Below are positions 1-13,223 of a stretch of DNA of 51,522 bases, in pieces (within the stretch, counting starts at the first letter, position 1; every line of letters begins with the position of its first letter). Origin of the DNA: Octopus bimaculoides (taxonomy: Eukaryota); contig NC_068997.1 in NCBI RefSeq assembly GCF_001194135.2, positions 5,993,472-6,044,993 of the forward strand. Reading direction: 5' to 3'. The notes under the pieces are model-generated. The model was not told where the DNA came from. It ran no database searches and saw only the letters and a program-made list of their open reading frames with translations. A program made the position numbers and the translations under genes.

Positions 1-1251
1 ATATATATATAAAGGGCATTATGACGGAATAATGCCACAGACTAGACTTCCCAAATAAACACATTTTAGTACCGAATGCGAGGAAAAACAACTTTTGAAA
101 GAAACCAGCATTTAAAAAAATATAAACTCAACTATGTATCGACTGATTTCACGATTACCAGAATGAAATCTAGTTTCCGTTCGTCAGCATAGTATAGTAT
201 CAACATATACAAGTAAACAGAATTCTCACCTTACCAAAACGAACACACATGTATCCGGCCTAGCAAAGGGAATGATGTTTATCCATATACATCAATAAAA
301 AAGCGGGAATCTTTCTGAGTTGTTCTCGGTACTTGTGTAAAAACCAGAATAAAATTCAGCATTGAATATATTCCGGATATATATTTTTGGTTAATAAAAT
401 CAAGAAAGGATAAAATCTTTTACAAGAATTTTATCAGGAAGCTAGTGTGCAAAAAAAATTCGTAAGGGAAATTTCTATTCCCAAGAATATACTTATTCGT
501 TTATATATATATATAAAGGGCATTACTACAGAATAATGCCACACACTAGACTTCCCAAATAAACACATTTTAGTACCAAATGCGAAAAAAAACAACTTTT
601 GAAAGAAACTACAAATACAAGATCAGTTAATTATGATTTTATTCAGCACATTCCCCTCTCAGATTCACATGCTTATTCCAGCAGTGCTTCAGTTTTTCAA
701 AGCTTTGTAAAAGAATTTGGGAGGTTGGGCCTCCAACCAAGCCGTTTGAGACACCCTTAAAACCAGGAACTTTTCAGCATTCTCCCACTATCACTTAGAA
801 TCATCATATCCTACATATGTTACTTTAGACTTTTAGTTTTCCAAGATTGAAAGCAATCTCAAGCAGGGTAAAGGTGTTAGCATTAAGAAGGGTATCCAGC
901 CATAAAAACCAGACATGAATGAAATGTAGAAGCAGGGTGCAGTCCCTCAAACCATCTTGGTAGGCACTGCCTCTGAATTAAGGACTCATACTGTGATGAT
1001 CCGTACAATCCATGCCAGCATGGAAAGCAGAAACAAAATTATTATTATGATGATGATGGTGATGATGATGATGGTGATGATGATAATGGTGATGATGATG
1101 ATGGTGATGATGATGATGAATATATAATATTGCATAATACAATATAAGGTGTCAGTGAGGGAACTTGTATCTTGTGCAATTAGAAAAGGGGAGGGTATAC
1201 TAAATAATATAGTCCTAGATATACTATGCCTGAATAAATGACAGGAGGGCT

Positions 1252-1625
1252 TTTGACAGTAAAGTGTTTTGGTCATGGACACAGCACAGTGAGCTATATC
1301 AGTCTGCGGAACCTATTTACAGCTAGATAAACTGGATTGTTGACAGTTAAATGCCTTGATCATGGACACAATACAGTGAACTGTACCACAGTATGGTACC
1401 TACTTACAGCTAGATAGACTGGACTCTTCACGGTGAAGTCTCTTGTTCATGAACATAGTACAATGTAGAATATTACATTGTGGTACCTACAATGTAATAT
1501 ATACACTGTACTGCTGACAGCTAAATGTCTTGGTCATGAATACAGTACAGTCCAGTGTATTACACTGTGGTATCTACATACAGCTGGGTAGCCTGGACTT
1601 TTGACAATAAAGTATGTTGACTGTA
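1252..1625. repeat. Degenerate ~90-bp minisatellite, about 4 units
   Basis: Recurring ttgacag.taaa.g..ttggtcatg(g/a)acac.gtacag...ggtacctac.tacagctag. Confidence 0.7.
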
Positions 1626-3380
1626 GACAACACAAGTGACAGGACATAAAATGCCAATTCTGTAAATGATTGTTTGACATAAAATTGGCTACCCATGTTC
1701 CACAATGTTATCTATTATTGGAATTTCTTTCCTTAATTAACTTCTCTTCATTACTCCAATTAAACATTTCTTCAATGAATCATACTGAAGCAACAGTATG
1801 TTGGGAAAAACGCCAGAGTTCTACCAAAACTAAGCAGTTTCTCTGCTTGCCTATCTGTATCCCTTCTCCCACTCTAGTTTAATTGAGTGGAATCATTGTT
1901 GGTTCCATAACCTAGTATTCTGGAAAGTGTGAACTGATTTGGTCTAAGAGTTAAGAGTACAATGCTTGGTATACACAGCCATTTACCCGGTAGTTTAGTT
2001 GATCAAACAACTGAATATTTGAATATTTACCGTACATCATCAATATATCCTGGATGTGAATGGAAGAATAAGAAAAATATACTCCTTCTCTACAACCGTG
2101 CAGTCAGCTGTAACTGTATAGGATCATTATTTGCGCCAATCTAAGATCGTTCTGCTGTACGGAGTCGAGCTAAGGAGCCCATCTTTAGGTAATTCAGTAT
2201 AAGGGAGAGAACTCTAAATTCAAAAGTGAATAAACTTCATTAGATGATTTAAACTATATTTGCTGCAAAGCACAGTGGCTAGCGTTAGTGTATTAGATTT
2301 TAATCTAAATTTGTAGCAAAGCACTCACGCACACACACGAGCAAGTAATTGTGTGTGTTAACGGGAGAAATCAACCTGTTAAAAATAGCAGCCAAATATC
2401 TTTACACATTATCATCTTAAAGGCGAGTGAAACACAACGGAGAATTTAGAAATACAGTTATAGCTGAATATTGTGTCGTTTGACGAAACGGAAAAAAAAA
2501 AAAAAAAAAATTTTTAAAGCCTTTTTTGTAGAGTGGTCGGGTGATTTCTTAATGGAAGACGGAGAGAAAAAAATGATTGGCGTGGATAAGTATAGTAAAC
2601 CCATAGTGGGTGAAAAATAACTATTTGATCATCATTGTTTATCTTTCAAACAACTCCGAGTAGACTTATTGCAAACTAATAGTTAAAACCACTCTGTGAC
2701 CATCCCTTCTTTAGTATATAAACGGTTACACTGTTTCTTTTCTTTTGGAACTCAGTGAGATATTTAAGAGAGTTTGGGTGACTATTTATTGCAGCTTGAG
2801 CGATTGCTTAGAGCCTTACTCGTTGGCTCAGAGAGGCTCTCTTCCAATGTAGTTTCTCTTTACTTTTACAATTTCATTAAACAATGTGTATATGGGTGAA
2901 AAATGTTACATCCTCTAACGGTAAAGGATTTGTTTTTATATACATAGCACATACGCATGTACGTACGTATGTATGTATGCACACACACAAAACATTAAAT
3001 GAAGAACTGAAGAATTGGCTGGAACAAAATGAAATAACAGATGCAGAAATATTATGGACGTGACGAATAAACAAAGAGTTTGGGCAGAAAATTTAAGGGA
3101 GATAACTGTTTTTTCTTTAGTACAGCACGCACGTGTTTATTTGAGACCATTCCAATAAATGATGGTCAATGAACTCTTGAAGTTGGCACATTGTTTGCAC
3201 TTGTTATGGTTCAAGGACCCAGGAGGACTTAAAATTCAAAACTGAGCGCCAACAAAAAAATCGTTAATGTTTATGTTGTTGTATGGCTGTACATTAACTA
3301 TTAAAACTATTTTGTATACTTTATAGTCAACTTACGATAAAAGTAAACAAAGTTTGTTTTAGAAGTGTTGAGATGTATTG

Positions 3381-3527
3381 AAAGATACAGAAATAAATTT
3401 TTAATTCTCAAACGCGTGATAATACTAATTAAATAGCGTGAACAGGATATGGATAATTTATCCTGTTCACGCTGTTTTATTAGTATTATCACGCGTTTGA
3501 GAATTAAGAATTTATTTCTTTATCTTT
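3381..3527. repeat. Near-perfect 147-nt hairpin
   Basis: 69-nt arms with 4 differences and a 9-nt loop. Confidence 0.88.
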
Positions 3528-3794
3528 GTAGTATATTATGTTTGCATAACGAACTACCACGTATCCATAAACCATTAATATTAACTAAAATGTTTAAATG
3601 GCTGACAAAATACCTCGCCTAAGTTAGTGTTTTTTTCCTTCCATGGTCGATTAATTTTAAATACCAAATGCATAGGTCGATTTGATCAACTAGCCCTTGC
3701 AACGAAATGTGTGGCTTTGTAGTTAAGTCTGAAATCACTACTTAAATTGTAATTGTTTAGTGATTCATACTAATAGTAATATTAATCCTTTCTA

Positions 3795-4225
3795 CTATAG
3801 GCACAAGGCCTGAAATTTGGGAGAGGGGAGAGTCGATGACATCGATCTCAGTACACAACTGGCACTTATTTTATCGACTCCGAAAGGATGAAAAGCAAAG
3901 TCGACCTGGGTGGAATTTGAACTCAGAACGTAGAGACAGACGAAATGCCTCTAAGCATTTTGCCCGGCGTGCTAACGATTCTGCCAGGTCACCGCCTTAA
4001 TGATAATAATAATTATCATTATCATTATTACAAATCTTTGCCACAAAGGGGGAGGTGGGGATGGGTCGATTATATCGGCACCATTGTTCAACCGGTACTT
4101 ATTTTATCGACCCCGAAAAGATGAAAGGCAAAGTTGACCTCGGCAGAATTTGAACTCAACGTAGCGACGGGCGAAGTACCGGTAAGCGTTTCACCCAGCG
4201 CACTAACGATTCTGCCAGCTCGCCG

Positions 4226-4228
<3 letters not shown>
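3795..4228 (-). mobile_element. Two tandem tRNA-derived SINEs (family A, Octopus-type)
   Basis: Core ttttatcgac(c/t)ccgaaaggatgaaaggcaaagtcgacctcggcggaatttgaactcagaac with a B-box-like GAGTTCAAATTCC on the sense strand. Other copies lie at ~11780, 13895-14460, 30480-30925, 35130-35660, 38745, 45090, 47690-48385 and 50235-50545. Confidence 0.85.

Positions 4229-4298
<70 letters not shown>
4228..4298. repeat. (AAT)n microsatellite
   Basis: Read directly. Other long tracts: (CT)n 7561-7612, (CA)n 9365-9428, (ATC)n 38152-38190 and (GA)n 51450-51522. Confidence 0.95.
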
Positions 4299-4499
4299 TA
4301 TGATGATGATTTCTTTATTAACCACAAGGGTTTGCATTAAGAAAAACATTATGGACAGCATAGGACAAAGCAACGAATGTGTGTGTGTGTGTGTCACCGG
4401 GGTTTTGCATGTAAACAAAACTAACAAAATAAAAATAAAAATCAACAATATGCGATCCTCAATAGGGAGGAGACGTTCGAGAGCTGCTCATAGAAAACC

Positions 4500-7010
4500 T
4501 CCATAAAAACCATGGGTACCCTGACTTTTGGGGCAGGTACCTTTCTTCTTTCCTTTTTACCAACTACAGGCGTATGCTCAGGGCAGGCCCGTTCACTCGT
4601 ACCATTCTCGCCACTTTCATCCGCTTTTCAGCAAACTGGCTAGGAGACATTTCCCTCTTTACCCCAAGTTGATCATGGATTGGCCCAAGAGAAAAGTGTT
4701 TGTTTTCAGACCCTTCAATCTCGTCCACCATACAACCTCTTTCGCCATGGCCTCTAGGCATATAAAAAGAACTTTTCCTTCCCGGTTAAAGGAAAGCAGT
4801 GGAGAGATCTTCCCGATGGATTCAGTTGACAGCTGGATCAATCCCCCATGCGACAGCAGGTGTTCGACATCAACCCACAGGTCAGCAATGCTTGGGTATT
4901 GGACGAGTGCATGCAGAACCGTCTAGTCGTCTTGCTCGCATCTCGGACATGCTCGGCTGATAGCACTTCCGTGCCTGTAAAGTTTTTCTCGAACAGGCAA
5001 AGCCTCCGGTAACACTGACAGACCAGAGATTTTTGGAAATTATCCATCGGTCCCGGTCCGAAAGTTCTCCAGAAAAGAGCGACTAGCTGGTCTTCTTCGA
5101 CACCCAAGGTCTCCTCAAGAACATCGTCGCACTTTTCCTCCACTAATACCCTATAAAAAGCTAAAATGGACGTTCCACCTATCGCATTGTCTGATTGGCT
5201 GAGAGCTGTGAGCACTTGAAGGCATCCCACTTTCCAAATGCTCCCCTCGGTCTCTGTTTTACCCAGGACTGCAGCTCCGTTAAACAATCTAGTTGCGGAA
5301 ATAATTGTCTGGTGAACAGTGACTAGACCTGTTCACCGTCAAGAAAGCACTGGCGATGTCGTAGCCTCAACGCATGTCTGTGTATCATCAACCCCGGCAT
5401 GCCCAGGCCACCACGCAGCGGGTGCTGACAGCAGATAGACCGCCTGATTATCAGGATGCGTCCCTTCCTCAAGAAGCGAAAGAGTATACGCTCCAGCGTA
5501 ATCAGACAGTGGCCAGGACAAGACACGACAGTCAAGCGATAGTAGATGACGGACGCGATATACGCGTTAGTCACCTCTGCCCGACCTTTTCAGGCTAGCT
5601 TTCTTTCGGTCCATTTCTGGATGACAGTGGTCACCTTGCTCGTTACCTCGTCCCAGTTTTTGTCCATCTGGAAGTCGGGACAGAACCAGATCCTGAGCAA
5701 TTTAACCAGTCCGTCCGTCCAGTGCCCAACGACGCAATTGGACGGCATGGACTTGCTTCTCCGGGTGCTAAGCTGCAAGCCCACTGAGTTTTCTTGCTTA
5801 ATTGTCGCTCCTGAAACCGCCTCGTAGTCCCTAAGAGCGGTGCCAACTATTTCTATGTATTTATGATCCGACACTACTACAGTGACCTCGTCCGGCATAT
5901 GCCGATACGCATCTCCCACATCCTAAGTCACGCGGGATGCCTCTCGGTGCCTCTAGTTTGTGTAGTAGTGACTCGAGAGTTAGTACGTACAAGAGAGACG
6001 AGAGGGGACAACCTTGCCAGACTGATCGCATGATGTTGAACGACTCTGAGAGGTGACCGTTCACTCTGACCACTGAACTGTCGCTGTGTTTTACAGCGAT
6101 CCAGCCCTTGAATACAGGCCCGAAACAAACTGCCTTGAGGACCGCAACCAGGTATAGATGGTTGACACTATCGAAAGCTTTAGCCTGTTCTAAATTGATC
6201 AGGGCCTCACCGGTGCCAGGTTCTTTAACCACTTTCTGAATGATGTATCGCATGAGGTAGAAGTTGTCGTGGATGGATCTTTTCGGGATGGCACATGTCT
6301 GTGCCTCCCCTACCAGATCCTTGACGACAAGCTCCAGCCTCGTAGCTAGCACCTTGGCCAAAATTTTCAACTCTGCATTCAGCGGAGTTATGGGCCTAAA
6401 GTTGTCAATACAATCCCCTTGTTCGGGTCTTTTCTAAGCAACTCCATCGCTTCGCGGTTCACAAAACTGGAAATTCTCCCATTCTGTTGCCAGTTGCAGT
6501 AAACGTTTGCTAAGAGGTCGCGGAACAAGTCTGGCATGTATGCGTAAAGTCCATAGGGCAGACCATCCAAACCAGGCGATTTATCCTTCGTGCAGCAAGC
6601 CATTGCTTCCCATATTCCAAGGAGTGTTACCGGCCTTTCGTAGTGCTCTGCCTCCATCGCCGAGAGCCGCACCAGCCCGTCAAGGTAGGACGTGAAATCC
6701 ATCCTCACAATTGCTCCCGAACAGTTGAGCGAAGTGCTGCTGAAAGGCCGCACATATCTGTCTCAGATCAGTTATCATTTACCTTTAATAACAAGGATCG
6801 GATCGGATTGTTGATTTAATTCCACGCCGTGCCTCTGTCACTTGGGCCCATTGAACGGCTTTCGTCCTTTCGTGTCAAAGTGCTCGTGCTTTAGCTCTGA
6901 TAACACAACCTTAGTGTTTCGCGTTGAAGAATTGGTTGAGTGCCAATCTCGCTGCGAGCATGTCGGTCACAATGCCTTTCCTAAAAGCCTAACTTCTTGA
7001 CTAGCTTTGT
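4500..7010 (-). mobile_element. Degenerate Tx1/L1-clade non-LTR retrotransposon, RT region and 3' part of ORF2
   Basis: Frameshifted ORFs carry RT motifs KILAKVLATRL, SIHDN, INLEQAKAFDSVNH, VWQGCPLSSLLY, AYA(D) and YEAVSGATI. GC content is higher than the flanks. Confidence 0.88.
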
Positions 7011-7549
7011 CTCTACTCTGCTTCTTGTTTCTGATATAGGTACAAAACCGGTCATGTTGAAGAAAGAGAGAACAGTTGCGACCTTGTTACTAATCTGGGA
7101 CGAAGAACAAAGTCGGGAGTGAATGCCACAAAGCATTTTTTCTGATGCTCTTAACTCAGTCAGCTCTGATCAAAGAGACTTATGATGAAAGGCATTCTAG
7201 TTGTGACCTTGTCGTTACCCAGCTCATGTACAGGGAATTTGAGGGAGATTTGGTTGCTAATTCTTTCATTTGAACTAACCACGTAGAGGCTCATTAAAAC
7301 GCTTTTCCTTAAGCGCAATACATCCGCTAATTTATTCTCCTATTCTCGCCACCCACTTTGAAAATCAATTAGTAATTTTAATATTTGATTTAGCATCATC
7401 ATCGTCATCGTTATCAACTTCTAGACATTGCTGTCTCAAGTTTTAGGACTCATATGGGACATTACCTGGTTTTCATGGTATATAAGTGACCAAGATCAGT
7501 TAAATCAAGAGGGAACCAGGTCAAACTTACATCTCATCTTTGGATAAAC

Positions 7550-7556
7550 TGTAGCG

Positions 7557-7616
<60 letters not shown>

Positions 7617-8588
7617 ATATACATGGATGCGGACGTAGTGGATAGCAGCTAGTCTTCGGCTGCATCTTTGGACCCTGTGTGTCCACCACTCTGATTGGTT
7701 GGTATTGGCGCATTTTGTTTCCTGTTCTATTGCGCGCTAAGGTGCAACCCAACCAATCGCAGCCTTCAGATAAGGTCGCGTGAGACAGCCTTTTCTGAAC
7801 CCCAGTTGAGCCGACAGTATGGTATAAATAGCTGGCTTTTCATCGTCACAGTTATGTCTGTCTGCTTCAGACCTTCTGAGGTCTAGCCGCTGACCACAGA
7901 GCACACAGCCAGTTCCAGCGACGACCGCAGCCACATGGAGAATCGTCAACACTTTCTTCAACAGCTTACTGCAAACTCCATCTTCGTCGCCACTTCCAGC
8001 TTCTTAGTGTCTACACCAACTTCTCTACGTACACCCCACCAGCAGCACCCGCACAGGTTCTCTTAACACTGTGAATTGCTTCACCATAGTTAACAGCGAA
8101 TACAACCTGCGACAACTCCTGTACCAAGTAACCGGCAGCAGCATTGAAGCCTCAACTACTTACACGACATGTTCCTCTCCCTGGCTCTGCTAGGCAGCCT
8201 CAACTTCTTGTTACAGCGCCTCAACCACTGTGTACCTTGGATACGAACTGGTATTTTACCATCTTTGTGTCTGGACTTTCTCTCAACGTCCTTATAGACT
8301 CTTTTCTATGCTCTGTATTTCTCGCACCTACATACATCCATGTTTGTATACATATACACTTTGCTTACATGATGGCCTGTCTATTGTGTTTATTATGTCG
8401 CACTCACACACACAGACACACCTGTTGACATATTAATAAAATCTCTTAAACCTTCTACCGGTTGTGTCTCTCTTTCCCTTTGACACTTATACTCATTTAT
8501 CCTCTTTTCGTATTGTTATTTGTATCGACTGTGCGATGTGCTAAAGGAGCCATTCCTCGTCACCTCTCCTGATCGCACGGTCGTTACA
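7550..8588 (+). mobile_element. Solo LTR (Ty3/gypsy-like)
   Basis: TGTAGCG...CGTTACA termini; 4-bp TSD AAAC (7546-49 and 8589-92); TATAAATA at ~7823; AATAAA at 8435. Confidence 0.8.
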
Positions 8589-9386
8589 AAACTATGGGTT
8601 AAACAGAGGAGTCTTCAAGTGGTTGCACGACCTGTTATAAATAATTGCCAAATTACCTTCATATCTCTCATCCTACCGTCTTAAAGAATGGTATGTTACA
8701 TCACATAATGTAGCCTTAGATACACTATCCCCAAAAGGATGGTCATGACTAGAATTCTTCTGATAATAGGTCAGCTTCACCAGGACTAACCTAGCAATAA
8801 ATAACGCCGATCAGAAGAAGGACACAATAGATAATTTAGTCCGAGACAACATTATCTATGTCACCCTCCCCGTCACCATTATTTTCACTATCACCTCCCC
8901 CCCATCGTTATCTTTGCTGCCACCACCATTACCGTTCTCTGGAATATCTATTCCCCGTTTCCACCCCCCTCAACCCCATATCCTCATGCCGCTTGATCTG
9001 TTGGAAAGAACAACCAAATTTTCCTCAAATCTCACACTACGGTCTTAGAGATACATGAAGCAATGAAGTTCCTGATATATAAACTAAATTAATAAAGATG
9101 TGATAGGCACGGCGGGAACGCCTTTGCTTTGGTCATATACCGACTAGATCAGGGGTGGGATCTAGAAATAAAGTCACTACCACTGCCATCGCTACTGCCG
9201 CCGCCGCCACCACCGCCACCCTCACCTTTACAACCGTCATCACCGCCACTACCACTACCACCGTCACTGTAAGTTGAATGTTCAGGTGACCTGAAAAAGT
9301 TCATCCGTTCTCCTCGATCTCCTTTTCCACCACCTTGATCTAGATTTAAGAAAGAAAACAACACAGGCGTGCACACACACACACGT

Positions 9387-9432
<46 letters not shown>

Positions 9433-10629
9433 GCTCAGAGCATTGTCTTTGGTGCTTAAGTAAATCAGCCCACAAAAACTGGGCTCCTCATGCTGTAAGT
9501 TGCTGATCAGTAACCTCAGTTAGCTTTGCTTCAGCAGACCTGTGATTAAACACATTCAAGTCGTGACCACGCCATCTATATTTAAGATAAAAGATATAGT
9601 GTATAATCATATGATAAGTATGTTATTCCATGTGTCCTTCCTTTCTTTCTTAATGACAGCAGGGTTTATTTTGAGGTAGACTTGGTTGCTATTTCTAGCA
9701 GGCCAGCTGACTAAGTAGAGATTTCCTCTGGTTCGTGAACAAAGAATTATAAAGAATTTTTTTTTTTTTTGTGAAAAAGCACTGAACATAGAATCATTTA
9801 GTAACTGGAGTTGTAAATATCACAGTATGGACTGTAATTCCCCATAGAATTGACGAGTGTTTCGTTAGCTCGTAGTGCTAAGTTCCTCCTGCAGAAATTC
9901 ATAGCTGACCCTTACCCCAAACTTGTCGACAGTCAATACATGGCATTGACAAGGTTTTAAGTAGGCTGAAACGCGTCTGGCGTACTCGTGAGTCACTGAT
10001 TGGACGATGTTCGCCACACCCCGATATAAACGTACTTTTAACATGTCTATGAAGAGCTTTTCTCCCAGACAAATCTACAGTATCGTGTCTTTCAATAGTG
10101 CATATATATTAAATATGGTATACAGATAGCTATTTTAACTTAATGTTCCAGTTGCGTACATGAAGATTTTAGCCAGTCCAAAACGCATTCCTCATGTTCA
10201 TTGTTACCAAAATATCGGAGGGGGACTGATTTTGTTTAGGCATGTGACTGGTGAGTAAATGCTCTTCAGAAAGCCCAGGTAACCCAAAACACATCTGACA
10301 TTCTCGCAACTCAATATTCGGATGATGTTCGCCTCTCCCCAAATTATAATGTCTACGAAAAGATTTTTCTTTCAGACAAAAACCATCCACCTTTCAATGG
10401 TGTATATACGTTAAGTATGATGTACCAATGGCTGTCTTTAATTTTATGCTGTTTCAGTTGCGTATACAGGCTTGCTTTCCAACCACATGGTTCCGAGTTC
10501 AGTACCACTGTGTGGTACCTTCGGCATGTGTTTTCTACAATAGTCTCGACACAATCAAAGCTGTATGAGTGGATTTGGTAGACGGAAACTGAAAGAAGTC
10601 CATTGTTTGTCCGTCTCGTTTTGTTTTGT

Positions 10630-11591
10630 TACGTTTTGGTCGCATTCCTGGCATTCTTGGTCGCGTTCTTGCTGGTGTCTCCAGCGTGGAAACAATATTA
10701 TCGATAATGGCACGAAATTACGTTTGACATCAGAGCCGATAACTGTGTGTGTATGTATGTGTGTGTGAGTGTGTGTGTGTGTGTATGCATAGATGCATGC
10801 GCGTGTGTTAAGAACATATAAGGATGGCAATGAAGGAGACAGTGAAAGAGTCTATAGCCATCGAAGTGAGAAGTTCATAGACACAAGAAAGATATATCAG
10901 TTCGTAGTCAATAGCACACGGTAAGTGAAAAACTGTATCAAGACGTCGCGGTCATGATGCTGAGCCAGTTACAGGTACATCTCGTACGTGAAGCCGTGGC
11001 TATGATGCTTGTACAAGAGTTCATGCAGGTTGTATATTCGCTGTTGATCCGTGGTGAAATAATTCACGAACAGTGAACTGTTGGAACCTGGGTGAATTGC
11101 TTGCTGAGCTGTGTACGTAGAGGGATGATATTGACGATGTTAAAAAGGACATGATGGTGGCGACGAAGAAGGAAGTTACCGTAATTATGTTGAACAAAGT
11201 TGGTCTCAACGTGGCTGCTGTGGTAGTGGTGGTGGTGTCGTCTGGCGTTGTCGCTGGAACTGGCTGTGTCTTTGTGGTCAGTGGCTAAACCTTAAAAGGT
11301 TCGGAACCAAAGTCCTCGGGACGAGGAAAAGCTGAGTTTTTTTTATAAGGAGCCGTAGGCTAAAGCAGGGTTGTAAACAGGCTGTCCTACGTGATCCTAT
11401 TTAGAGCCTCCGACTGTTTAAACGCGGCAGTTGGTGCAATCGAGTAAGAGACAAATTGCGCCAATACCAATCAGAGTAGTGGACACAACGGGATCTAAAT
11501 AGCAGCCAAAGGCTAGCTGTTCCCTGCTACGTTGGAATGCATGAATATATAATAAATGGGAGAGAGGAATTTCACCAGAGTCTATGCTACA
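10630..11591 (-). mobile_element. Diverged solo LTR related to 7550-8588
   Basis: Shares the block gcgccaataccaatcagagt(a/g)gtggacac. The right end GCTACA reads TGTAGC on the minus strand. The left boundary is uncertain. Confidence 0.6.
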
Positions 11592-13062
11592 GAGGGTTAG
11601 TTTGGATAATGCAGTCAGGGAAAATGAATGAAATGGTCATGGTTTGAATGTCTTTCCTCAAGGTTGACCCAAGATTAAACAACAACAATAGCTTATCCGA
11701 GCATTAAACTGTTTGTTACGAGCAAAATAACGAATGTCATTTCATTTTGCTGATTAGTAATAATATATACGAATGGGCTCAGTCGAATACACCGACCATT
11801 GTATTTGATTCATACTCGATTTTATCGATCTCCGAAGTACAAAAGGCAAAACTGACTACGGCATGATTTGAACCCGGAACACAAAGAACCAGAATATATT
11901 CCGCAAAACATTTATGTTAAGCGTGCTAAGGTCTCTGCCAGCTGACTGTCTCACTGCTATTTATTAATTCGGCCAATCATCGACTAGTTTGTATTAAAAA
12001 TTCTGATGACTAAATGTACTGGCTGCATCGATAGAACATAGGATAAAGTACCTGGTGTTATTTATTCTAGCTCACTGCAATCTGAGTTCAAATTTCATCG
12101 ACATCAATTTCACTTTTAATTCTTTCGTAGATGGAGGTTGATAAATAAAGTATTCATTAAATACTGGGACGAATATTCTCTCTCTTTCCAGGAACCGACG
12201 ACATTGCTCCGCGGAAAGGGTCGCTGGAGATAGCTTATAACGTTTTTTTCTTCAGAAATGGTGACAAATTGAGCGAGGCGGTGTAGTAAAATTTTCTCGT
12301 AGAAAAACTGAAATAAAGAAAGAAAATGTGCATGATTTATATGGATCACTTAATACGCATGTTGTTTAACCCCTGCTCAAACCTGATTGATCAAAGACAT
12401 TCCAGCCATGACCATCCAGTCTTTTTCCGATGTGAAAGTAATCCAGGACAATTTAATGTGTCTGTTTTTGGAAGATATGTTGAAATTTGAGGGAGATTTG
12501 GCAGCATTTTCTAGCAAGTCGAGTGACCACATAGAGGCGCTTTTGTTGACTCGAGTCATTCTTATCTCGTGTCAAGGGTGTACTCTGTCTGACCAATCAA
12601 AATCCTTAACAGTTGAACCAACATGATACACATCATACGGTAGAGGTAGTAGTAGCGACTGGCGATACGACAGCTGGTGCTTGAAGAAAGAGAGGAAGGG
12701 AGGAAAGGAAAACTTTTATAAACAATCGGCAAAGCAAAACACCGCCCCCTCTGTCTTCCTTACTAACCACCCTTATCTTGTAATTAACAAGTTTTGTGAA
12801 TCAACGACTTACAGTGGCTCTCTGTGTAATATAATTTAGTTCTAGTCAGTTTCTTTTGCCTACTTGTGTCCAATCCACGTTGACAAACCCCACCCCTATT
12901 CTATATACAATCTTGTTTGTGGGTCACACGACTTTTTTGTTTGCTGTTTTTTGTCAGTCGATTCAACCACCTGTAGTCGTTTTCTTTTTTACTAGCGAGT
13001 GCAGAAACTCTGCTAATTTTTCCGTCCTAAACCACAAAAAATTTACAAACCCACAAGAAGCC

Positions 13063-13223
13063 ATGAGTTTGGACACAGACTGTATGACTTTAACGAGGTT
13101 CGTTTTAGCAGAACAGAAAAAATATCCTGATGCGAAAGGAGATCTGACACAGTTGCTAAATGCTATCCTAACGGCAGTGAAAGCTGTCTCGTGTGCTGTG
13201 AGGAAAGCGGGGATACATAAATT
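13063..13223 (+). CDS. FBP1: Fructose-1,6-bisphosphatase, alternative first coding exon 1a
   Basis: GAAGCC-ATG at 13063 starts [54 protein letters not shown], a typical FBPase N-terminus. A phase-2 donor (TT|GTACGT at 13224) is compatible with exon 2 (AG|A TTT GGT). Confidence 0.92.

Noticed and set aside
2990-3100. Short coding-looking stretch LNEELKNWLEQNEITDAEILW
   Set aside because: It is bounded by stops, with no splice-compatible partners or recognisable domain.
986-4448. ORFs with poly-I, poly-N or VC/TH repeats (also 9149, 29610, 32567-33868, 36424 and 40671-41191)
   Set aside because: They are translations of microsatellites and CT/CA low-complexity tracts.
12869-12960. Core promoter for exon 1a (CCAAT at 12870, TATATA at 12902, TCAGTC at 12954)
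   Set aside because: The TATA-to-Inr spacing of about 54 nt is non-canonical, and such motifs are common in AT-rich DNA.
12856-13062. N-terminal extension of FBP from the upstream TTG in ORF 12856-13251
   Set aside because: It has a non-ATG start and no FBPase similarity, and its composition is promoter/UTR-like. The ATG at 13063 fits family length.
13063-13223. Exon 1a as an orphan pseudogene fragment
   Set aside because: The frame, start context and phase-correct donor are intact despite about 38% divergence from 1b, and no decayed downstream exons were seen. It is not formally excluded without RNA data.
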